Assembly: GCA_934096715.1 (NCBI GenBank)
Contig: CAKOMQ010000002.1
Coordinates: forward strand, 24,132-88,131
Direction of reading: 5' to 3'
Length of the DNA stretch: 64,000 nt
Source: an uncultured Bacilli bacterium
Lineage (GTDB): Bacteria > Bacillota_I > Bacilli_A > RF39 > UBA660
Positions 9,734-19,718 of this stretch are shown here, one piece after another. Position 1 is the stretch's first letter, and each line of letters opens with the position of its first letter. The position numbers were made by a program, and so were the translations under genes. The notes beneath the pieces are model-generated. The model did not search any database. It saw nothing but the letters and a program-made list of their open reading frames with translations, and was not told where the DNA came from.

Positions 9734-11413
9734 TTATCTTTCTAAATAGTCATTTAATTCTAATTTATTTGCTTTTATAACTAGTGATTTAACAGTGTTT
9801 CTAACACTTTGACCAATTGTTTTAATGTTACCACCTACTACTTTAGCAATCTCTTCATTTGACGATTTCTCATAACCTTCAAGTCCATAATACATATCTA
9901 TCATTATTCTTTTTCGCTCATCTAATGAATCTAAAAGTCTTGAAACATCTTGTTTCATTAGTTCTTTCATAACTTCGTCTTCAACACTCATGTCGTCATA
10001 TAAATCATATTCAATGGTAGAGTCAAATACTTCACTCTCCATACTAATTAAGGAACATAACCATATAACCTGAGAAGTATCTAGTTCTAAGAATTCTTTA
10101 ATATTAAGGATAAGTTCTAATCCATCATAATCCTTATAAAAAGCAAGAATAGTTCTAAATTTTTCTAACGTTTGATAATATAATTTAATTTCAGGAGTAA
10201 ATTCAATTTGAATGCCTTTACTAACAATATAATTTACGATAGTTTTAGTAACATTTTTATATATTAAACTATCTATTGCTAAACTATGATTATATCTATT
10301 ACCATATTTACGTATATCTTTAATAGTGTTAATTAAAGCAATATTACCTTCTTGTAATAAATCAGATGCAGGTATACCATTATTAGAATATAATTTTACT
10401 ATTTCCATAACTATACCTAATTTAGATGTAACTATTTTATTTAAAGCATCATCATTACCATTCTTATACTCCATTATAAGAGAATCAATTTCTTCATCAC
10501 TAGTTTTTTCTAGTTTACTTATTTCATCTTCATACACTATAAAATTATCATCAAGTATAACTTTTTGTGATTTAAAAGCATCTTCTACTCCTTTAAGATT
10601 TTTAATGCAATCTTTTACCATTTCCTCTTGCTTTTCTATGTTATCTTCATCTACACCCAAAGATGAGAATATCCTATAAAGATTTTTAAATTCTTCTTCT
10701 TTTTGCTTACCAATATATCCGTATAGTTGATTTTGTTTATAGACAAGTGGTACATTTCCATCTAGGTTATGCATATCATAATCTCTTTTAATTTTTTGAA
10801 ATTCTTTTTCTTTTTCTTCAACACTCATATTTCGATATTTTTTTTCTCCACCAATTTTATTAATAATATCATCTGCATAAAATATTGGATATAGATCACT
10901 TATCTGATCACTTATTTGTTCGTAACTAGAAAAGAACGTACTATTAAAATTATCACTTTTATTTTGAATATATTGAAAACGTCCATCTTTAGAATAATAG
11001 CATAAATATGGTTTAATAAAACTGTATTTTAAATATCCAAAATTTGTCAACTCGGTTATTTTCTCTTCTAAAAAATCTTTGCCTTTTCCAAAATGATAAT
11101 AATTATAAAAATTATAAACTGTGTTAACTAATTCATTTCCAATATAAAAATCAGCCTTTAAAAAATGACCATCAATTTGATTTAAATATTTTTTACTCCA
11201 CTCCGCATTTTCAGAAAAATACTTAAATAAAGCATTTGAATCTGCTACTTTAAAGCTTTTTTTAATAACATGTTGATTACCATCTAAAGTATTATAATCT
11301 AATCTATCACTTTCTTCTATTCTCTCTATTTCACTTTTTAACAATTTATCCATAGAAGAATCTAAATAATAAAATACTACATATTTACTTTTATCATTCG
11401 TTTTATCAGCCAT
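9734..11413 (-). CDS. Sigma-70 family RNA polymerase sigma factor homologue with a ~330-aa N-terminal extension of unknown function
   Basis: Regions 1.2-2 (DLLQEGNIALINTIKD..YGNRYNHSLAIDSLIYKNV) and 3-4 (RKRIMIDMYYGL...EEIAKVVGGNIKTIGQSVRNTVKSL) recognisable. N-terminal 330 aa has no match I recognise. Confidence 0.65.
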   Translation of the reverse strand: MADKTNDKSKYVVFYYLDSSMDKLLKSEIERIEESDRLDYNTLDGNQHVIKKSFKVADSNALFKYFSENAEWSKKYLNQIDGHFLKADFYIGNELVNTVYNFYNYYHFGKGKDFLEEKITELTNFGYLKYSFIKPYLCYYSKDGRFQYIQNKSDNFNSTFFSSYEQISDQISDLYPIFYADDIINKIGGEKKYRNMSVEEKEKEFQKIKRDYDMHNLDGNVPLVYKQNQLYGYIGKQKEEEFKNLYRIFSSLGVDEDNIEKQEEMVKDCIKNLKGVEDAFKSQKVILDDNFIVYEDEISKLEKTSDEEIDSLIMEYKNGNDDALNKIVTSKLGIVMEIVKLYSNNGIPASDLLQEGNIALINTIKDIRKYGNRYNHSLAIDSLIYKNVTKTIVNYIVSKGIQIEFTPEIKLYYQTLEKFRTILAFYKDYDGLELILNIKEFLELDTSQVIWLCSLISMESEVFDSTIEYDLYDDMSVEDEVMKELMKQDVSRLLDSLDERKRIMIDMYYGLEGYEKSSNEEIAKVVGGNIKTIGQSVRNTVKSLVIKANKLELNDYLER

Positions 11414-11514
11414 ACTATCAACTCACTCGCTATTATAAATATACCACGAATAAAGTATACCCGCAACCAAAAACATCCAGCAATAAACTGGATGTTTCAT
11501 TAGATTTAATAAAC

Positions 11515-12075
11515 TTATGCTCTTCCGCAATATTTACCATCTTTAGTAGATACTATTATTTTTTCTCCTTCATTTATAAATAAAGGAACTTTAATAACTT
11601 TACCTGTTTCAACAGTAGCATCTTTTTGAGCATTAGTAGCAGTGTTACCTTTAACAGCAGGTTCTGTACTAACTATAGTATATTCAATTTTTTCAGGTAA
11701 ATTAATACCAATAATTTCTCCTTCATAAAATTCTATTTGAATATCTAAACCTTCTTTAATATAGTCAGCATCACTACCAAGCACACTTTTAGGAACTTCT
11801 ATTTGTTCATAAGTTTCATTATTCATAAACACATAATTATCTCCACTCATATATAAATATTGAACATTTTGTTTATCTATATGAGCACGAGTAACCTTAA
11901 TATTAGTGTTATATGTATTTTCAACAATAGATCCAGTTCTTAAGTTTTTTAATTTAATTCTAACGAATGCAGGTCCTTTACCAGGTTTAACATGTTGGAA
12001 TTCTTGAATTAAACATAAGTTACCATCTATTATTATAGTCATTCCATTTTTAATATCATTAATATTAATATTCAT
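11515..12075 (-). CDS. efp: Elongation factor P
   Basis: Canonical N-terminus MNININDIKNGMTI...VKPGKGPAFVRIKLKNL. Confidence 0.9.
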   Translation of the reverse strand: MNININDIKNGMTIIIDGNLCLIQEFQHVKPGKGPAFVRIKLKNLRTGSIVENTYNTNIKVTRAHIDKQNVQYLYMSGDNYVFMNNETYEQIEVPKSVLGSDADYIKEGLDIQIEFYEGEIIGINLPEKIEYTIVSTEPAVKGNTATNAQKDATVETGKVIKVPLFINEGEKIIVSTKDGKYCGRA

Positions 12076-12095
12076 TTATTTCACCTTAATTCTTA

Positions 12096-12260
12096 TTATT
12101 TTTTTTCTTTTGATAAAACAGTTTTACGACATTTAGAGCAATATCTTTTTACTTCTAAACGTTCAGGATTATTTTTCTTATTCTTACTAACTGGACGTAA
12201 TTCATTTCCACATTCAGTACATCTCATAGTAACATAATTTCTATTTTCATTTTTTGCCAT
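12096..12260 (-). CDS. rpmG: 50S ribosomal protein L33
   Basis: Unlisted small ORF MAKNENRNYVTMRCTECGNELRPVSKNKKNNPERLEVKKYCSKCRKTV... with Cys4 zinc ribbon and RBS GAAGGAGGA. Exact 3' coordinate approximate. Confidence 0.8.
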   Translation of the reverse strand: MAKNENRNYVTMRCTECGNELRPVSKNKKNNPERLEVKRYCSKCRKTVLSKEKK

Positions 12261-12305
12261 ACTAAAATCCTCCTTCGCTAATTACTACCATATTATATCA
12301 AACTT

Positions 12306-14234
12306 TTACTTATTTTCAAAGTAAAAGTTTGATACTTCTTGAACAATTGGCCTAGTTATATACACTTTACTATACTCAAAGTCTTTTTTTACATAGATAT
12401 TTGGTATTATAACTATAATACTAAATTCAGGATTATCAATAGGAGCCAACCCTACAAAGTTAATAGATGTAGTAGCTGTATCCATGATACCATCATCATT
12501 TGTATCTATAAAAGTTTCACTAGTTCCAGTTTTACCCCCAGGATTATATTTACTACTTATATAACTTCTTGCTGTACCACTAGTAGTAGCCAAGTTCATG
12601 GCGCTTTTTAATCTATCACTATACTTATACTCTATGCTAACATGATCAATTACATTATATTTATTTTCAAGTATCACTTTATCTTTATTAACAATTTTTT
12701 TCATAAGCATAGGTTTTCTTCTCTCTCCATCACTTCCAAGTGTATTTACATAAGTAATTAAATTAATTGGTGTATAAGTATCATACTGACCAATAGAAAG
12801 ATTTAAAAGTAAATCTGAAGCATAATTATTCCCTATAATACCAGGTTTCTCATTAGGTAAATCAATACCTGTTTTAACTCCTAATCCATATTCCTTAAAA
12901 ACATTACGATACTTATCAAAATCATCTTTAGTAGTTTTCAATTTCATATTATATTTATAAGTATTTCCACTTACCTTTATAGCAGTCATAAATTGATAAT
13001 AATTACTACTCTTACTTATTGCACTCAAATCATTTATTCTACCTAGACTTTTATAACTACATTTAATTGGAATATGATCTAGTTTAATACATCCATCAGT
13101 CATCTTTGTATCAATATCAACTACACCATATTTATATCCAACACTCATACTAGCCATTTTTACTACACTTCCAACTGTATAAGACTTAGTTAATAAATTA
13201 GTATTCGCATTTACAAATTCTTCGTTATCAAGTACTTGTCCACTCATTGCTAGTATCTCTCCAGTTTTTGGATTACTTATAACACTATAACCTTCTTTTA
13301 AATAATTAGTATATTTATATTTTTTAGCTTTTAAAATATTTTCTTTAATAGATTCTTCTAATTTCTTCTGTAAATCAATATCTATTGATAAGTATAAATC
13401 ACTTCCACTACTACCTTCTTTAACTAAAGTTAATGTATTATCACTATTAACCTTATATATATCTTTTTCTCCTTTTAAGTATTCTTCATACTCTTTCTCT
13501 AAATAACTTATACCTACTAAATCACTTCTATTATAAGAGTTATCTAAATAATCATCTATATCTTCTTTAGGTATACTACCAACACTACCAAATATATCTC
13601 TTAAAGTATTACCAGAATTATATACTCTTTCCCATTTGAGTCCCCCGAAAATCCCCAAAATATTTTCTTCTAGTATGGTTGCATAATCAGTATCACTTAA
13701 ATTACTAACAATTTCTTTTGGTTCATAACTATATCCTTTATTCATTAAAAAGTATATACTACTAGCAAGTTTATCTTTATCACTATAATCATCAATTTCT
13801 TTCATAGGTACTCTAGAATACTTAAGTTTTTTTATTTCATCACTTGTTATTTTTCTTTTATCATATTTATCCCATTCTTCTTTAGTAATTAAATCATCTC
13901 CATTATTATGATTAATTAACCAAAACTTTTTAAAACTATCTTCATTTATTTCAACATTTATTATATTAGCAAGCTTATACGCTATATCTATTTCATCTTT
14001 AGTACTTATTTTAGATATCTTACTATAATAGATAGTTTTCTTTCCAATATTATCTACAAGCACTACACCATTTCGATCTAATATTCTTCCCCTAGGTGCT
14101 GAAGTTCCATTTACATATATTTCTGTCTTTTTAACTAATTCATTAAAATAATAATCATGATATTTAGTATTAATGACTACTATACGTACTCCGAATAATA
14201 AATAAATTGTTATTATAAATATTTTTTTCAACAT
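12306..14234 (-). CDS. Class B penicillin-binding protein (PBP2/FtsI-type transpeptidase)
   Basis: N-terminal TM, SxxK (SVVK) and KTG (KTGTS) motifs. Confidence 0.85.
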   Translation of the reverse strand: MLKKIFIITIYLLFGVRIVVINTKYHDYYFNELVKKTEIYVNGTSAPRGRILDRNGVVLVDNIGKKTIYYSKISKISTKDEIDIAYKLANIINVEINEDSFKKFWLINHNNGDDLITKEEWDKYDKRKITSDEIKKLKYSRVPMKEIDDYSDKDKLASSIYFLMNKGYSYEPKEIVSNLSDTDYATILEENILGIFGGLKWERVYNSGNTLRDIFGSVGSIPKEDIDDYLDNSYNRSDLVGISYLEKEYEEYLKGEKDIYKVNSDNTLTLVKEGSSGSDLYLSIDIDLQKKLEESIKENILKAKKYKYTNYLKEGYSVISNPKTGEILAMSGQVLDNEEFVNANTNLLTKSYTVGSVVKMASMSVGYKYGVVDIDTKMTDGCIKLDHIPIKCSYKSLGRINDLSAISKSSNYYQFMTAIKVSGNTYKYNMKLKTTKDDFDKYRNVFKEYGLGVKTGIDLPNEKPGIIGNNYASDLLLNLSIGQYDTYTPINLITYVNTLGSDGERRKPMLMKKIVNKDKVILENKYNVIDHVSIEYKYSDRLKSAMNLATTSGTARSYISSKYNPGGKTGTSETFIDTNDDGIMDTATTSINFVGLAPIDNPEFSIIVIIPNIYVKKDFEYSKVYITRPIVQEVSNFYFENK

Positions 14235-14298
14235 ATATATCCCTAAAATTAGTATTCAACTAAATCAAAAAAACATACAATATATTAGGTGATTAAAA

Positions 14299-14559
14299 AT
14301 GAGAAATATAATAAATAATTTTATGAATAAACTAAAACTTGAAGATATCAGTAATTTTGCTAGTAATAAAGGAATAACTCTAAGTGAAAATGAACTTGTA
14401 TTTACCTATGAATTTATTAAAAAAAATTGGGAATCCATTCTCGGAAACCCAAAACTATTTAATATAGATAGATATAAATCTAACTATACTCCAGATAACT
14501 TCATAAAAATCAAAAAAATTTATAAAGAATACTTACAGAAATATTCTAATTATTTATAA
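14299..14559 (+). CDS. Small hypothetical protein (86 aa)
   Basis: ORF only. Confidence 0.4.
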   Translation: MRNIINNFMNKLKLEDISNFASNKGITLSENELVFTYEFIKKNWESILGNPKLFNIDRYKSNYTPDNFIKIKKIYKEYLQKYSNYL

Positions 14560-15422
14560 TAATCAATTACTTTATTTTTTAAGTTCATATCAAATTCTTT
14601 ATTTAAAATTTCTTCTATCTCAAACTTATAAGGTGGATAATCTTCTATATAAGGTGTTTCTAGTATTTTAGGAACATCTTTTAATTTTTCATCATATAAA
14701 ACATCCATTATATTAGAAAAGCCAACATATCCAAACCCAATATTTTCATGCCTATCTTTATGACTACCAATTGGATTCTTACTATCATTAACATGAATAC
14801 AACCTAGTTTATCAAAGCCAATAAGTTTTTCAAATAAAAGAAAATACTCATCTATTTTATATCCAGCATCACTTATATGACATGTATCTATACATACACC
14901 AACTTTATCTTTTAAAACTACTCCATCAAGTATAGTTTTTATTTCTTCTACCCTACTTCCACATTCACTACCTTTACCAGCCATTGTTTCAATAAGCACT
15001 TTAATATTCATATCATTTTCTAATATACAATTTAATCCATCAATTATATTATTTATACCTACTTCTACTCCAAGTCCCATATGATTACCGGGATGAAGAA
15101 CCATATACTTAACACCTAAAGTTTCACATCTTCTTATTTCATTCTTTAAAAAACTAACAGAAAAATTCCAACTATCAGGTTTTAACTTATTACCTAAGTT
15201 AACTATATATGGAGCATGACATATAACATTATTTATATCTATCCCATTCTCTTCCATAAGTTTTCTAGCTTCCATATTTTCTTCTACTTTTATTTCACTT
15301 CTTCTAGTGTTATTAGGCGCTCCAGTATAAAACATAAATGTATTCGCATTATAACTAATTGCTTCTTTAACACTTCCTAATAATTGATCACTTTTAAAAC
15401 TAACATGACTTCCTAATATCAT
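14550..15422 (-). CDS. nfo: Endonuclease IV (AP endonuclease, TIM barrel)
   Basis: Conserved metal-binding His/Asp/Glu residues (HAPY, HPG, CIDTCH, ETMAGKG). Confidence 0.85.
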   Translation of the reverse strand: MILGSHVSFKSDQLLGSVKEAISYNANTFMFYTGAPNNTRRSEIKVEENMEARKLMEENGIDINNVICHAPYIVNLGNKLKPDSWNFSVSFLKNEIRRCETLGVKYMVLHPGNHMGLGVEVGINNIIDGLNCILENDMNIKVLIETMAGKGSECGSRVEEIKTILDGVVLKDKVGVCIDTCHISDAGYKIDEYFLLFEKLIGFDKLGCIHVNDSKNPIGSHKDRHENIGFGYVGFSNIMDVLYDEKLKDVPKILETPYIEDYPPYKFEIEEILNKEFDMNLKNKVIDYYK

Positions 15423-15961
15423 TTTACACCTTCATATTTCTTTAAATATTTATATTCTTTTAATACATCTAACATCTCATCTACTATTAAAGGATTTAAT
15501 TCATTATCTGAGATATGTTTTAATAGTAACTCTTCTAAATCATCTAAATTTACTTTTCTTACTTCAAAATTACCTTTTTCTTCCCATTCATCATACGCTA
15601 TATTTTCTATATTAACTTCCTTGTCCCATGGAATATCAAAATAATAAATAACATTTTCACGAGACTTTCCACTATTTCTATAATTCTTACTATAATGAAT
15701 TATCTTCATAAATGGATTTTTATATTCATCTTTACTTATCTCTATTCCAGTCTCTTCACGTATTTCACGAATTAACCCTTGAAATAAATCTTCGTCGGGG
15801 TTAATATGTCCTCCAATAAATTGATATGTATTAAAAGCATACCCTAAAAGTATTTCATTTTTATCATTAACCATTAATGCTTTAACACGTACCGCGGTAT
15901 CATATTCTTCATTATCTGTAACGCCATCTGTATTTATTATTATTTCTTTCATATACTTCAT
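15419..15961 (-). CDS. NUDIX hydrolase
   Basis: Nudix box GGHINPDEDLFQGLIREIREETGIEI. Confidence 0.8.
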   Translation of the reverse strand: MKYMKEIIINTDGVTDNEEYDTAVRVKALMVNDKNEILLGYAFNTYQFIGGHINPDEDLFQGLIREIREETGIEISKDEYKNPFMKIIHYSKNYRNSGKSRENVIYYFDIPWDKEVNIENIAYDEWEEKGNFEVRKVNLDDLEELLLKHISDNELNPLIVDEMLDVLKEYKYLKKYEGVK

Positions 15962-16001
15962 CCTTATCTAAAGATTATTTTACCAAATATACTTATCGTT
16001 G

Positions 16002-16424
16002 TCATCTTTTCCAAGAATTAAAACTCTCATATTCTTTTAATTCTTCTTCTCTTACAATCAAACTTAATTTATATTTAATATTATCTGGAATACTACCTAA
16101 CTTATTATTTAATTCTTTATACATTTTTTCTTTAATATATTGTTTTTCATCTTGTGATATATCCCAACAACTTATTTCTTCTATTCTTCTAAATATAAAT
16201 CCATAACATGTAATAAGTAACTCATCATTATATTCCTGATTATAATTATTAAGAATCTCATCTATTATTCTAAATACATCTAATATTCTATCATTATATT
16301 GATAATTCTTTCCAGATACACCTGATAAGTCTCTTCTATAAAAATAATCTGGATTAAACATTCTAAGTACTTTACTAACTATTGTATACATCACTGTTGT
16401 AAAAGACACATCTAAACCACCCAT
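16002..16424 (-). CDS. Hypothetical protein (140 aa)
   Basis: ORF only. Confidence 0.4.
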   Translation of the reverse strand: MGGLDVSFTTVMYTIVSKVLRMFNPDYFYRRDLSGVSGKNYQYNDRILDVFRIIDEILNNYNQEYNDELLITCYGFIFRRIEEISCWDISQDEKQYIKEKMYKELNNKLGSIPDNIKYKLSLIVREEELKEYESFNSWKR

Positions 16425-16439
16425 TAAAAATTATAACAT

Positions 16440-17345
16440 TTAAATAGAAAACTTATTGCTCGTTTCTAGGATAAATCGCATATCTTTATATTCTTCATGA
16501 GATATTGGTAAACCTAGATGAAGCTTTCTTACTAAATCATATCTATCATTTATATTAGCTAATAATTCATCACTATCTTGACTATAAAAGTCAAATTTTT
16601 TCCATACACTTATATGTTTCATTTCTTTTAAAAATATTTCTGTAGGACACTCTTCTTTTTTATAAGTTTCTTTATATCCACGTAACAAAGACTCTAAATA
16701 AGTAGTATCAATAAATTCAGATAAATTTGGAATAGAATTTCTTATCTCATCACAGATAAATGCTAGTATTTTATATGAATTAATATCAGCAAATCTTTCA
16801 CTTGGATCTACTTCATAGCATTTAGATAATAAGGTTTCATGTGATTCTTTATATATAAGAAATTGATTATACAACTCATCATCATTACATACTTTTCTCA
16901 TTAATTCGTAATCAGATGTTAACATCCATAATTTAAAAGAAACTCGTGATAACTTAGTTTCAATAGAATTATCAAACTCATCATTTACTTGCCTATATTG
17001 TAGTGCATGTTCAAGTTCATGCAAAATTACTTGAGTTACCAAAATATTTCTAAACATTATTTGCTCAAAATCTAAAAACAAGTCATCGTAACCACTCATA
17101 TCACCCATAAGTATACCAAGTGACTGATAATCAACTAAAATTGAATTAAGTGTTGCATCATATACTGCCAGAACAAGTCTAGAATCTTCTTTATTTAATT
17201 CATTAGTAAAATCAACTTGCTTTACAAATGAATGTAAATTTCTATTAATAACAACAATCTCTACTACTTTATCAATAAAATGTTGATCAGCAATTAATCC
17301 ATTACGAGAATAATTATATATAAGTTTTAATAATTCTAATTCCAT
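16440..17345 (-). CDS. Hypothetical protein with HExxH motif (HELEHALQ). Possible metallopeptidase-like fold.
   Basis: ORF. The single HExxH motif is weak evidence only. Confidence 0.4.
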   Translation of the reverse strand: MELELLKLIYNYSRNGLIADQHFIDKVVEIVVINRNLHSFVKQVDFTNELNKEDSRLVLAVYDATLNSILVDYQSLGILMGDMSGYDDLFLDFEQIMFRNILVTQVILHELEHALQYRQVNDEFDNSIETKLSRVSFKLWMLTSDYELMRKVCNDDELYNQFLIYKESHETLLSKCYEVDPSERFADINSYKILAFICDEIRNSIPNLSEFIDTTYLESLLRGYKETYKKEECPTEIFLKEMKHISVWKKFDFYSQDSDELLANINDRYDLVRKLHLGLPISHEEYKDMRFILETSNKFSI

Positions 17346-17506
17346 AATGTCTCCTTTTAAGTAAGAAAATCATATCACATTTTACACAAAGTGTCAAATT
17401 ATGTAAATACTCATAATACTAATTGCATATATTCCATTAAACAACTAATTTAAAAATATCAATAAAATTGTTGATATCATTATAATTTTTGTGTATACTT
17501 AATTTA

Positions 17507-17752
17507 GGTATAGCGAGCAAGTGTGTTTCACTTATACCATTAATGGTTATATGTTATCGACTAAAAAGTCGATGACTTTTTTGATTAGACCAAGATGAAT
17601 ATACAAAATGGCTAACCAAAAGGCTACTTTTAAGAGCCTATATTTCACTCTTAATTTCATCGCACCACTTTCCAGTACAGATTCAAAACTATTGTTCCAA
17701 AACCCCCTGATAGTTTGATGGTACAAGCCACAACACCTGCTCGCTTGGTTAT
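17507..17752 (+). ncRNA. Candidate structured non-coding RNA (~245 nt) whose 5' and 3' ends form a long imperfect closing helix. 6S-RNA-like architecture, identity unresolved.
   Basis: Near-consensus promoter TTGATA(17471)-17 nt-TATACT(17494). 5' AGCGAGCAAGTGTG pairs with 3' CACAACACCTGCTCGCT. Internal perfect hairpin ATCGACT-AAAA-AGTCGAT followed by U-run (17556-17582). No ORF on either strand. Confidence 0.4.
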
Positions 17753-17975
17753 ATATCCTAAATTAATATATAGTAAAAGTCAAGAAAAAAAGTTCGCCTT
17801 TTTTCGACAAAAATAATTAATTTATATTAATTTATGGCATATTTACCGAAAATTTTATTTTCAAAAAAGCATATATTTCTTCAAGTTTTTTTAGAAATTT
17901 ATGTAAAACTCTTGCAATTACAAGAATTTTCTTGTATAATTCTAATTGTCTTATACAAATAAGACAAGTGCCTAT

Positions 17976-18064
17976 GCCCAAGTGGCGGAATAGGTAGACG
18001 CACAGGACTTAAAATCCTGCGGGAGTTAAACCCCGTGCCGGTTCAAGTCCGGCCTTGGGCACCA
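17976..18064 (+). tRNA. tRNA-Leu (anticodon TAA), type II with long variable arm, CCA encoded
   Basis: Acceptor GCCCAAG/CTTGGGC. Anticodon loop CTTAAAA. Variable arm GCGGGAGTTAAACCCCGTGC. Confidence 0.85.
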
Positions 18065-18082
18065 AATTATAAATATAAGCAA

Positions 18083-18448
18083 TCAGTTTTGATTGCTTTT
18101 ATTTTTGTATTCATTCATTTTTTTATCTATCCACTTAGGGAGTTCTTCTTTTAAAGGAAGAAAACCACTTCTTGTTTCTTCCATTGTACCCCTATTAATA
18201 ATTGTTTTATAATTAATATTTTTTATAGATAATTTCATTTGTTTACTTTCTTTATTTATATCTAATATTTGTGCATATATTTCTTCATTATCTTTAACAT
18301 AGTCATTAACATCCTTTACAAAAGATGAAGATATTTCAGATATATGAATAAGTCCAGTATAGAGAGAATCTACACTAACAAATATTCCATATCTTTCTAT
18401 TCCAGTTACCCTAACCTTAACAATGTCACCAATTTTATATTCAATCAT
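18083..18448 (-). CDS. S1 RNA-binding domain protein (YabR/GSP13-like)
   Basis: S1 fold signature IGDIVKVRVTGIERYGIFV...GLIHISEIS. Confidence 0.75.
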   Translation of the reverse strand: MIEYKIGDIVKVRVTGIERYGIFVSVDSLYTGLIHISEISSSFVKDVNDYVKDNEEIYAQILDINKESKQMKLSIKNINYKTIINRGTMEETRSGFLPLKEELPKWIDKKMNEYKNKSNQN

Positions 18449-18529
18449 TTTTGCACCTGCTTCTCCTAGATTATAACATATAAAATTAATTATTGCATTT
18501 TTAATTACTTTTATCTTATAATAGTTTAT

Positions 18530-18763
18530 GTGATATATATGGAAGAAAAAATAATAGAATTAATTAATAGTATTAGACCATACCTTAATATGGATGGTGG
18601 TGACATAGAATATCTTAAATATGAAGATGGTTATGTCTATGTAAAACTTTTAGGAGCATGTACTAATTGCTTACTTCAAGACAATACAATAAACGATGGA
18701 TTAGTCGAAATGTTTAAAAATGAAATACCAGAAATTAAAGGAGTTATAAACGTACCGTTATAA
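18530..18763 (+). CDS. NifU-like (Nfu) Fe-S cluster carrier domain protein
   Basis: GGDIEYLKYEDGYVYVKLLGACTNC motif. Likely true start is ATG 18539. Confidence 0.75.
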   Translation: MIYMEEKIIELINSIRPYLNMDGGDIEYLKYEDGYVYVKLLGACTNCLLQDNTINDGLVEMFKNEIPEIKGVINVPL

Positions 18764-19681
18764 TTCTTTTTTTATTAACCAATCAATTTTATCCAAATTA
18801 ACATATTTAGTTATTTCATAATAAGCTTGTTTTAAAAATAATTCATACTTATCACATTTTTCAATTATAGGCATAAGTTTATCTTCACTTTCATTATCAT
18901 TCATAATATGTTCATAAATATCAAAATAATAAGATGGATATAGAAGTCTTGCATATAACATGTGATATTCATATATATTTAATCTACATATTTTTAAATA
19001 AGTAGATAACTCAATTAAAGCATCTTCTCCACTAAAGAAAATCACTTTAATATATTCTGATATATCTCTTACACTTAAATCAAATATAAAAGATAGTGGA
19101 TTTAAATAATTATTACTTAAATTAGGATAGAATATTCTTCTATGAGATAAGCAAATTTTAGCACCATATTCTTTATATAAAGATTCACATCTATTAACAT
19201 AGCTAATAGCGTTCTCAGCAAGACCTATATAATAACCTAAGGTATCTAATATAATCTTTTTATCTTTACCAAGTTTACTAACCTGTTCTTCTATATAATC
19301 AACTTTAGTACTCCATAAAGTTCCCCAGTTAAGTCTATATAACTTACTAGATTCATTATTTAAAGTTAATAAATTATTGAAATCATTTATTCTAACTATG
19401 TCATATTCTTCTTTAGGACTTATAACTTTTAATAAAATATAATTTATATCTCCTACTTTAGAAAGTGGAGAGTTAAATATATTAAAAATAATTTCATGTA
19501 CTAAGACATTTTTATACTTAAGTTCACTAATTACTTTTAGTAAATCATTTAATTCTTCTTCTGTACGATTATAATACGTAAATATATATTCAAAATTATT
19601 ATAAAAAAAAGAGTAATAATCTTGGTTATCATTAATATCATAAACATCTAAATTATAATAATAACTAATATACTCTTTCAT
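18758..19681 (-). CDS. Hypothetical protein (307 aa)
   Basis: ORF only. Confidence 0.4.
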   Translation of the reverse strand: MKEYISYYYNLDVYDINDNQDYYSFFYNNFEYIFTYYNRTEEELNDLLKVISELKYKNVLVHEIIFNIFNSPLSKVGDINYILLKVISPKEEYDIVRINDFNNLLTLNNESSKLYRLNWGTLWSTKVDYIEEQVSKLGKDKKIILDTLGYYIGLAENAISYVNRCESLYKEYGAKICLSHRRIFYPNLSNNYLNPLSFIFDLSVRDISEYIKVIFFSGEDALIELSTYLKICRLNIYEYHMLYARLLYPSYYFDIYEHIMNDNESEDKLMPIIEKCDKYELFLKQAYYEITKYVNLDKIDWLIKKEL

Positions 19682-19718
19682 ACTAAAGTATATAAAAAAA
19701 ATCAGATTTTATTCTGAT

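Noticed and set aside
10326-10679. 117-aa ORF
   Set aside because: Antisense within the sigma-like gene. Ser/Leu-rich mirror frame. No signals.
12339-12611. 90-aa ORF
   Set aside because: Antisense within the PBP gene.
17507-17752. RNase P RNA, tmRNA, SRP RNA or T-box identity for the structured RNA
   Set aside because: Too short for RNase P. No GGAAAGTCC/ACAGAA, no tmRNA tag-ORF or tRNA-like ends, no SRP domain-IV GGAAGCAGC, no T-box AGGGTGGNACCGCG. Left as unassigned ncRNA candidate.
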